A stretch of 64,000 nt of DNA from Antedon mediterranea (Eukaryota; Animalia; Echinodermata), in contig NC_092675.1 of the NCBI RefSeq assembly GCF_964355755.1, forward strand, positions 11,899,812-11,963,811, written 5' to 3'. The translations under genes were made by a program, and so were the position numbers. This document shows positions 50,201 through 60,500 of the stretch, piece by piece (the stretch's first letter is position 1; each line of letters begins with the position of its first letter). Under the pieces are notes generated by a model. That model did not search any database and was not told where the DNA came from. It saw only the letters and a program-made list of their open reading frames with translations.

Positions 50201-51975
50201 AGAGAAAAAATGGGATACATAATTTACTGCACCAATAAATCGTTTAGTTTCTTTATGGGTTCGTGGGACTGGCAAATTTCGGATAGCTGCACACCTGTCG
50301 CCTAATGGTGTGATACATGCGTGTCCTGAAGAATTAATCAGGATGGTGTGTCCCATATATTGCACTTTATTCTTGAATAACTTACATTTCATTGGACAAA
50401 TTCTAAAACCATTTAATTGTAGGGCTTGTAAAACGGAAACAAGGTGCTGCTTATGAGCAAATTTGTCTTGGCTAAATAAAATAATATCATCGTGATGGGT
50501 GATACAGAATTCTCTAGAATTTGGGATTTCATTTAAAATTTCGTCAATCTTTGCTTGAAATATACCTGGCGAAACGTTTAATCCTTGTGCTAATCTCTTA
50601 TAATAATAATGCTTTCCACCATGATATGAAGCTATACCTGTGTATTGTTGGGCATGTTCGGCTAATGGTACACAGTGGAACGCTGATTTCAAATCAATTA
50701 CGCTAAGAATCTGTGCATTAGCGTTACCTATTGTTTTCAGAGTTTCGGCTAATAATGGGAATGGGTGATTAATACGTTTTATCCTGGAATTTAGATAGCG
50801 AAAGTCTGTGACAACTCTTTTATCTTTCGAATTTTTCTTTGAAACAAGAAGGACGGGGGAAGTATACGATTGGTGTCCTACTGCTAAGATTCCTAGTTTG
50901 ACTAATTTGTTCAATTCGGCCTCAATAACATGTTTGTCTTTGTCTGTCGCGAAGTATGGTCGAATAAAAAATGGTTCATCGTTAGAGAGGTGTATGTCAG
51001 CTTTGAAGTTTGGGCAGCTAGATAGTTCACCATAAAGTGAAAATGCGTTTCTGTTTTGTTGTAAGGTTTTATACAAATCTTATTTTTCTCTATGTGTTAA
51101 AACGCTGTCTGTTAAATCAACTTGTTTTCTAATTATTTCTTCCTCGGTTAAAGTTAGCAATGGGTCTGTACGTTCTAAATGTGGGTACTTGTTTGCGTTG
51201 TCATTGGTCAACTTTATTCTATCTATTGGTAGGTCGTTAATAACTGTTACAAGGTTGGTTAAGTGAAGGCTCGCGATAGGTTGATGTGTATTTAGAGATA
51301 CGTTTCTGTTTGTGTTGTTAGTGATATCAATGTTGGTTTCTCCTCTGTGTAATTTTACTAACATATCTGATGGACAAAGTTTTGAAATATGGATGGTTGC
51401 ATGTAGAACAACATCGGAATTGCGTACGAAGGCGGGAACCCTTCTTTTTAATTTAACTGTTTTAGTATCACCGGGTTTAAGAAAAATCTTGTGGACAGGA
51501 CGAAAGCTAAAAATATTTGGTCTAATGCGAAATGTCTTTTCCTTAAAATTTAAAGTACCGTCGAGTTCAGACGATGTTTCGGTTCCAAGTATCAGGTCAA
51601 TACCTGTCAAATTTTTAACGATTAATGCTGAAATTTTAAATTTGTGTCCTTGGATAAATAATTCGAATTGCACTAAGTGGTTGGCATATAAGAAGTCACC
51701 GTTACCTAATCTAAATTTAGTTGTGTTCACTTTAACTGGCTTTAAACGCGATAAATAAAGTGAGGAATTAACGTACGATTGTGAGATTATAGTTCTAGTT
51801 GAACCACTGTCAAATAAAGTTAAAACATTTCTACCATCTGGTAAATTTCCTTTAACGTAATTTCTGTCGTTAAGTAACAAATCAATATTATCTGAATTCC
51901 CTAAGTATTTTGCCTTAAAATTGTCGTATTTAGTATGGGGGGCCAGATTATAGGCGGCATCTAGTCCCCTTTTTA
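47267..51975 (-). CDS. pol: Pol polyprotein (PR-RT-RH-INT) with one premature in-frame stop at 51080-51082
   Basis: LFDSGS (PR); IDLKSAF, LAQGL and HHDD (RT); YSDTS, TELEL, VDH and ADFLSR (RH); H..H..CxxC and LDF/ISD/VER (INT). The 51080-51880 and 47267-51076 ORFs share a frame. Confidence 0.92.
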
Positions 51976-51982
51976 AAAATCC
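51939..51982 (-). promoter_or_regulatory. Putative -1 programmed ribosomal frameshift signal
   Basis: G GAT TTT lies directly before the gag TAA. The -1 frame is open into the protease, and the downstream hairpin is GGGGaCTAGAT...ATCTGGCCCC. Confidence 0.7.
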
Positions 51983-52938
51983 TGCTGGTGGCTAGGGTAG
52001 TAATTGTTTGACTGTTGGTATGGGTATGGCGGGAAATAGTTTCCGTAAGAGCGGTTTTGTTGTCGGCAGTGCCTTGCGATGTGGCCTGGTTTCCCGCAGT
52101 AATAACAGGTTGGGGGAGGTTGTCTATATCTTGGGGTCGGTGGGGTCTGGAATTGGGGTTTGTATGGGCTTGGGCTTCGGTTTCGTCTTGGGATATAATT
52201 TCGGGTGGGGGAACGTGAGCGTCGAGTATCATCATTAAGGGATCGTTTTGTTGTGGCCATGTCTAACTTGAGGGAATTTATCTCATGTTGGAGCGATTCG
52301 AGACTATTAGGCCTATCTGTTTCCTTATTGATATTGAATGAAACTTCCCGTGTGGCATCATCTACGGAAAGGTCAAGGTAATTTTGTGTGCTATTTACAA
52401 TATTTTCAATAGTGGCATCGATTGGGGTGGACATGGCTACAGCTGCTCTACATTTTGGTGGAAGGGTCGAAATAAATTTATTCTTTATCTGCTGGTCAGC
52501 GTATCCAATTCTGTCTGCGGCTTGTTTGATTTTGGTTAAATGCTTTTCGGCGTTGTCGCCAGTGGTGTATGTAATTGAATCGTATTCTCTTATGTGCGCA
52601 TAGATTGATTTGTTTTTACTAAACCTGTTGATGAATTGGGTTTTTAAGGATTCTAGTGAATCGAACTGCTTTCCCTCAATCCAGAGTCTAGCTTGGCCCT
52701 GAAGGCTACGTTTAAAAATACTTATTACATTAATTAATTGGGCATTGTTTACAGGGTTTTCTAACGTGTGGGCCTCAAGGTAGTCGGTAAACGATAAGTA
52801 ATGTGCACTACATTGGTCGTGATCGGTTATGGAACCGTCATATCTTTTGGGAAGGAAATCGGTTTGTCTTAGGTGGGGCACGGGGTGAGGATTGACGGGC
52901 TCATTTAAAATTACTTCGTTATCAACAACGTCGACCAT
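51973..52938 (-). CDS. gag: Gag (capsid and CCHC nucleocapsid), 321 aa
   Basis: FKRSLQGQARLW...LKTQFINRFS and CYYCGKPGHIARHC. Confidence 0.93.
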   Translation of the reverse strand: MVDVVDNEVILNEPVNPHPVPHLRQTDFLPKRYDGSITDHDQCSAHYLSFTDYLEAHTLENPVNNAQLINVISIFKRSLQGQARLWIEGKQFDSLESLKTQFINRFSKNKSIYAHIREYDSITYTTGDNAEKHLTKIKQAADRIGYADQQIKNKFISTLPPKCRAAVAMSTPIDATIENIVNSTQNYLDLSVDDATREVSFNINKETDRPNSLESLQHEINSLKLDMATTKRSLNDDTRRSRSPTRNYIPRRNRSPSPYKPQFQTPPTPRYRQPPPTCYYCGKPGHIARHCRQQNRSYGNYFPPYPYQQSNNYYPSHQQDF

Positions 52939-53324
52939 ACTTTATAATATTAATTATTAATCAAATATCAAAAACAATTTAGTGTATATATATGTAAACT
53001 CTCACTTTGCAATCAAGGTTACAAATCAAAATCAAAATGGCTTTGACTTACCCCAAATGCTTCGGATCCAATTAAAATGAATTAAAGGAATGCAAAAGTG
53101 TTCAAAATTGTTTAAATGTTCAAAAAACGAATTAAAGAAATGTTAAAGGTGCTCATCAATGTTCAAATTTTCAAACAACGAATTAAAAAAAAATGCGAAA
53201 GGTGTTCATCAATGTTAAAAAAAAGTAAATGTTAAAAAAACGATCGAAAAAAAAACGGCGTGAAGTTGAAAGTCTCTAAACGAAACAGTTCTTGTCCGCT
53301 TGCTTCTGTTTTGATTCTTCTTGG

Positions 53325-53632
53325 GTCTTCCTCGATTATCTTTTTTGTCTTTATCCAATGGTTATAATTTTATAAAATTTCTGCTTGTCTCGATTTCATT
53401 CAAATATAATTTCAGCTTGTCTTTTGTGTCTTCCTCGATTATCTTCTTTGTCTTCATCCAATGGTAATAATTTGATAAAATTTCTGCTTGTCTCGATCTC
53501 ATTCAAATATAATTTCAGCTTGTCTTTTGTGTCTTCCTCGATTATCTTCTTTGTCTTCATCCAATGGTAATAATTTGATCAAATTTCTGCTTGTCTCGAT
53601 CTCATTCAAATATAATTTCAGCTTGTCTTTTG
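53325..53632. repeat. Three 103-bp tandem repeats in the Gypsy 5' leader
   Basis: gtcttcctcgattatc occurs at 53325, 53428 and 53531. Confidence 0.9.
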
Positions 53633-53768
53633 AGTCAAAGTAAATTTCTGGTTTTCTCCTTTCAAACAAATATGGTTATTTTTGTCTTCGTCTTCGGCTT
53701 CGTGTCTTGTTAAGTGTTTATTTCTTGTTTTCTCACGCCGTTCCTTATGAAATTTGGGTCTTCCACCA

Positions 53769-54394
53769 TGTAATATAATGTTGCGTTGTTGGAGGTACTA
53801 ATGAAGACTCTAACTCGCTTGACTGTCGTAACACATATATTATTTATTCAGTATAATACTTCAGTACAATATACAACTATAAGTATAGATAAGGAACGCG
53901 GAGGATCAATGATGCTGTCGGTGAGGTGTGAAGTGTGTAGGTCTGCTGTGAGGTGTGTGCTCCGTGAGGTGGCTGTGAGGTGTGTGCTCCGTGAGATGGC
54001 TGTGAGGTGTGTCTTTTCCCTTCTGAAACTTGGGAGTATATTGGCTCAGTTCATTTGCATAATGTCATTACATCATCTGTGAGGGTAACGATTGGTCCTA
54101 AGTTGATCCAGGGGTGTTTAAGTGGGAGTGATTAACGGTATAATAAGGTATTTCTGTGATGGATGACACTGTCAAATCTGTACTTAAATAGTGTCCATCA
54201 CTCCTGGTTTAACGATGGGAAAAGTCACAAAATTAAGCTAAGTGTTTTCTTTAGGGATTCTATTATAAACTAAATGGTCATTAAAACATCTGGACAAACT
54301 CTCCTTTGGACTTTCTGGGTCAAGTTTGTGAACCTATTTGAATTCCGATACAAAGGTCAATTTCTTAAATATAAAAGTATATCTTTATATCACA
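53769..54394 (-). repeat. 5' LTR (626 bp)
   Basis: TGTAATAT...ATATCACA, followed on the minus strand by the PBS-like TGGTGGAAGACCC (53768-53756). Confidence 0.93.
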
Positions 54395-56363
54395 CTACGT
54401 AGAAACTATTTTCGTTTTTCGTTACATATTAGTCTTTTTGGCGAAGATTGCATGCCATACTGTGTATGTGAAATTTGAGCGTGCGGAAGATGATAATTAT
54501 ATAGGAGGAGGATCGAAAGGAGAAAAAGTGTTGACGACGTGGATAACTAGACTCCATGTTGATTTTACGGAGTCGCTCTGAAAATATTACAAATTGTATT
54601 CTACATCGAATCGCAAACGTCGGCGAATAATAATAATAACAAAACTCAAGTTTGTTAAGATTTCAATACTATAAGAAATAGGTAAGAAATTATGTGCATT
54701 GTTTGATTTGTAGTTTTGTTTACGTAGGCTAGGCCTATGTGAATGTGGGCTACACAGGAGGCGGAAGGCTTGTTTGTAGTTTTTGTGATTGGTGGCCACA
54801 CAGCGGAATGTTTTCTCTGGATGGCGTGTACACCGTGTAGTCACACGGTCTCTCTACTGATCGTTTTTTACACAAATTTAGAGCAATGAATTTGTACGAA
54901 TTCCGTTAAATAAACAACTTTATATATTTTATAAACATTTAATAACATATTTTATTGATATTTCCAATGTTGATATATAAAATAAATTACTATAATAAAA
55001 CGTAATTAGCCTAGGCCTAGCCTATATGTAATTATTTTAGTGGAAAATGGCGTAGGCTAGGCCTAGTGTTCATACAATTGTCGACCGAGGGCGCAATTTG
55101 TTTACAACATTCGTAGCTAAAAACGATGTTTTTCAGCGATGTTGTAGACCCTATATTTCGAAAACTACATGTCAGATTTTCGTAATTCTTTCTTTATTAG
55201 TAAAGTAAAGTAATTTCTAAATTGGGGATTGTCCTCCTTCTATATGAATAGTTTGTTCACTTTTTAGTCTTACTTACTGTGTAGTCTGGGAAAATTTTTC
55301 TTAAAATAATTATCAGCGTAGTAAGTAACTTAGACTGTATTATATTATAAAATTATATTAGGACTTATACACTGTCCTATCTGGGGCCTAGGCATAGGAA
55401 CGTGATTGTTAGAAAATAAAACACTGTTTATGGTAGTTCGGCCGTACTGTAGGTTTATGGAGTTTTATATGCTGGTTTTCCTAGCCTAGGCCTAACTTAT
55501 ATTATTAGAAATTTTTTAAATAATGAACTAAATTTGTTTTAAATATATATACAGTATTAAACATTAGACTAGCTTACAAAAAAAAATTAAGAAAAGGGGC
55601 ATTTGAGTAGTATTATTATATAAATAGTATTTTTGCTTCTTGATATTAATTAGATTACTGTACTATTTTTACATGAAGTTTCTCTTTATATGTTTTGTTT
55701 TTAGGTTCTACCTGTTGTAGTATACTATTAGCTGTGCTGAACATCTGCCAGATTGTTTCTGCTGTTATAGTTTTTTTAAGCTAATAACCTCTTAAATTTT
55801 GTAAGTAAAGAAAATAAATTATTTATTTATTTGACATTGATGGCACTGGGATCTCTCTGACAGTGATTATAAACTGATAGGGAGTATCATATTTTTTTAG
55901 CCAGTTATATTACAGAAGATTGACATAATTTAGATAGCAACTGTTTTAAATAATTGTTTGGTCCAAATGGAATAAAAATATAGGCCCTACTGTAATCATT
56001 CTGTTCTTAGCTATGCTATGAGATTGTGAGGAAATATACATTGAACGAGAATCGTATGGTAGTTGAATTGGGACCGCGTGTCTTAAAATAATTGTTATTC
56101 AACGTATACTTGGTTGGTGAAATTTTTTGTCACTTGGTTTGTGAAATTCTTTGTCCATTAAATCATTGTAATTAGATAGTTGTATGTAAATACTGAAAAT
56201 TATCAATAATATGATGAATATTTCTGTTAAATTTGTATTAAAAATATATTTTTCTTATATGTTTGTATTTTGTAGATTGTAGCTGTTGAAGACAGTGACT
56301 ACATAATAGGTTGCACCTTTCTGATACATTGTTTATGTGAGTCTTTGGTAAATGAGTTTACTG

Positions 56364-56659
56364 TAGATTGGCTAGAGGGTAGACTCCAAAATTATTGCAG
56401 TTAATAAGTGATTCTTCATGGAGAGGAGAGGGGACCCAACAGTATGGCGGCTGTAATTGACTATTGAACACAACTGCCATGCTTTATACGCAGTCATGTA
56501 CTACCACCGCTAGCATTGATTGTATATACATAATACGGCATGAACAGAATTTGTTATGTTATATTATTATTTGATATATATTAAACATATTTACGGTGGC
56601 CATATTTATGGTTTACTTCTTGTTTTTATCACTTTCCTGTCCGCCCGATAGCCAATCTA
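56364..56659. mobile_element. Small MITE-like insertion
   Basis: The 11-bp inverted ends TAGATTGGCTA / TAGCCAATCTA enclose a GC-richer segment. Confidence 0.45.
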
Positions 56660-57594
56660 TATAAGTTCATTGGTGTTGGTAGATTATCTATGAAAGGGGA
56701 GTGAATAACATACAATACAGAATACTGACCATATTGTCTGTGTTCTGAAAAAAAATGATACTATTGCACAATTAAATTAGACCAATATACTCTGAACATT
56801 TTCAGATTTTAATATCAGATGCAGATTTGTTTTAATTAGCCCTATTGATATAATACTCGTCTTCACATATTTGGTGGTGAGTTGGCCTTATTTGTTTTGG
56901 TAGTCCAAATATTTCATGTCTGAACTTTTCTTTTTTTTTATTTCATTGCAGGTACCTGACTGTTATAATATTATTAACCCACTGGATCTCAGAAGAGATC
57001 CGAATCTCAGAAGAGATTCTGCTCTCAGAAGAGAGTACCAACGAGGGTTTAGCATAACAAACAGAATTATCAAACAGAATTTCAAATAGAACTTACAAAA
57101 AAATATTAAGCAGAAGCTTAAATAGACAGAAGTCTTGAAAAAAAATATCAAGCAAAAGCTTGAAAGAGAATTATTTGTAGAAACAAGTACAAAATACTGT
57201 ACTAACAAGCATTAAGTAATAGGTATAGCTGTAAAACAAAAGGAATAATTTGCAAAAGAATAGAATTCTACATAGATATCTTTGATCGATAATTAGTTCG
57301 TAGAAGCTAACTAAGAAGCCAGCAAAAGATATATCAATAAAGAGAAACAAAAATTGACGTGAAATTTAAATCATAGAATCAAAATATAATATTAACTTGA
57401 ATATTTTTTTATAGAATTTTAATAACCAAATATTTTGCTGTAGCCAATATTGTTTTAAAGTTTGAATCGATTAAAAGAGTGAAATCAAATATAAAGTGGA
57501 ACTTAATTGTAACATTTATTCAAATTGTAGAAGACATATAAATTGTTTTTGAATTTGAAATTTGAGTTCAGTATTTTGAAGGAATTTTTGCATA

Positions 57595-60500
57595 ATGGAT
57601 ACAAAATTCATAACAATAGTTTATGGTCTATTGTTGTTAGTGATTGTCTTAATGATATTTTTATGTAAGTATGCTACTAAAGAAGTGACAAGTAAGGAGT
57701 GCAACATTGTCAAAACAGCTGGTGTTGATAGTGGAATTATGGATAAAGCAACAGAATTTAAAACAGTCATGGATGACATCTTGGACCTACTTGATGAATG
57801 CTGTTCAACTAAGAATGTCGAAGATGTAAACACTATAAAAAATGAAAGTGATGATACAGGTAATGCCTATTGTGAATGTATCAAAGATACAACTGAATTT
57901 AAAGAAGTAGTTGATGATATCCTGAACATATTATCTTATGGTACAGCGCTTACTTCAGAGTTTGATAAATGTGATCTGTGTAGTATTGAAGTGAAAGCAG
58001 AGGACATTTACATAACATGTGACTGCTGCAGTAAACATTTTCATGTGACGTGTGTAAGAAATAGTGTTGAAGACAAACTATGTGATTCCAGAGTAATTTG
58101 GATTTGTTCATTGTGTGGGAATAGTAATTTTGCTAATAATATGTTGGGTGAAATAGGTATGCCCTGTCATTTCAATAGGTATACGATTCTAGAACCTGAT
58201 GATTCTGTCACTGCAGACTTTCCCGAATTAACGAAAAATAAAGAAAAACGTTGTAATAATGCCAAATTAAAATGTCAAGAAACAGGAAGTGAAGATTTAC
58301 TTGGTAATGATTGGATAAGGGTCAGATCAAAGAAAAGAACCGACAACAGAAAAAAAAGATGTAAAAATAGAGGAAATAAGAAAAGGGGAAAGCGCGTTAT
58401 AAATGGTATAATTATAGAACCAGGTGTAAAATATATCGGCAAAGGTGTAAAAGATTTCTATGAAAGACGAAATAATAAAAAAATGGAATGGAACATGAAT
58501 ACAAGTACTTACAGAGAATACAAGGAAAATGACGAAACGAATGGTAAGCCTATGTGTGATGTTTTGAAAAATACAAAAGTAACAAACGGAATACAACAAC
58601 AATCAGGTGGTGGTTTGAAACGAAATAGCAAGGGCCGTTTTGTCAAAAGTAAGAATATTGATAACAAAGAATCACAAGATAATATGGATCTGAATTTAAA
58701 ACATCACAAGAATGATTGCGATACTATGGAACGGATTGGCGAAGATATTATTATAAAGAACATGGATAAAAATAACAATTCAGAAATGAAAACTGATGAC
58801 GACTTTAAAATGAAATGTACTGAAGAAAACGACAACACAGCGACTGACGATGTGAAAGCACAAAATAGTAGCAAAATGAATGACAGAACTAATAGATTTG
58901 ATAGTAATGTTACAGATCATAAAAATCAAACATGTGCAAGTTGTGAATTTGACGAAAACGAAGTATCGATAATTGATGATGGATCTAAAAAAACAGTGAC
59001 TGAAAAAATTAGGTCCCATACTAAACCTAAATGTGACCAACATGCTATCGATGTGGATATTGAAGTTTTTAAAAAAAATAATTTTTCGGAAAAATTGATA
59101 ATCGATGAGGGACCAAAACAAAAGAATACACCAATAAGGCAGAATACACAATCAATAAATGAATTACAACTATATAATAGTGATGATGATAACATAACTG
59201 TAGCACAGGGTAGTTTTAATCAAGGGAATTATAGATTTGGCTTTGCAGGTGGTAAACAGTGTGTTGCAAATAGTCTTGTAGCTATTCTTTATTCTACAAA
59301 GAGGAATGGAAATGAATTTTACACCAAAGACCTTGATACAATATTGACTCTTGGAAACGAGTTGTACTGTTATATTCAGAAAGATTCCACTATGGACGAG
59401 GACCTTTTGATGATTTCAGAACTACCGAAAGAATTGGATATTTTGGATAACACTTTTGTAATATCTCCTAAAGAATCAGTGTTTGGCATAATAGATGGGG
59501 ATCTCGAATCGATGGCTGAATATGGAGCCTTATCATTACACCAAGCTCTTGAACAAGAATTACACCAACATGATGCATTTTTTATGAATTTCAATAGAAG
59601 CACATTTTCTATTATCAAACGTGTAAATGGTTTCCTTATATTTGATCCACATGCAAGAGATCGTGTTGGTTGTGTTAGTGAGCATGGAAAAAGTATTTTA
59701 ATATACAGTACATCTTGGAAAGGTGTGTACGATTATTGTATAAGATTAGCAAGGTCAATGAACTGTAATTTACATGAAACCGAGTTTGAATTGACTGGTG
59801 TAAATGTTGAAAATAAGTCTATGGTTTTATGTTGCGCTTCTGTCATCTTAGATGATAATTCTGAACAAAACAACATAGGAAATGTTGATGTTAATGAACC
59901 AAGTACGTCTTACCAGTATAAATGTAGTGCAAGATCACCTGACAAAAATATTGATTCTAAAGTTAAAGGCCAAACACATAATAAAAGAGGTCATGTCTCA
60001 TCAAGTAATGGATGGCAAAATGATAGTGATATTGAAATTGTTAATGTTGAGTATGGAGAAAGACCTGACAAGAATTTTCAATTTATTCCGATCTCAGAAG
60101 CACAAAAGAAAAACATTTGTAATGAAATAGGTATTCGTTGCGAAAATACCGGTAAGAATTGTAGTATTAACAGAACTAGTCACATTGGACATCCTCATCA
60201 AATTACAAATATCACAGGTGATGGTAATTGTTTTTATCGTGCAATTTCATACATTATTTCTGGGACTGAAGATAATCATTTACTTTTAAGAAAAGCAATT
60301 ACTACTCATTTATTGAAGACAGATGACTTATTTATTAATACATTTAGTCATGAATATAGGTCAGTTAAAGAATATGTGTTGAAAAAAAGAATAATGGACA
60401 ATGGAACGTGGGCATCCAATACTGAAATAAGTGCAATGGCAAACTTGCTTAATACAGATATTTATTCATTCAATGATCAACTTTTTACGTGGCAATTGTT

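Larger units (their letters stand above)
44904..54394 (-). mobile_element. Full-length Ty3/Gypsy LTR retrotransposon with an extra third ORF
   Basis: TG..CA LTRs at both ends, PBS-like TGGTGGAA after the 5' LTR, purine-rich tract before the 3' LTR, and gag, PR-RT-RH-INT and ORF3. Flanks are CTAG / CTAC. Confidence 0.95.

Noticed and set aside
51080-51082. Programmed stop-codon readthrough between protease and RT
   Set aside because: A single TAA without a recognisable readthrough context is more simply a nonsense mutation; sister copies are needed to decide.
47298-52603. Plus-strand ORFs within Gypsy gag/pol
   Set aside because: They are antisense shadows with no motifs.
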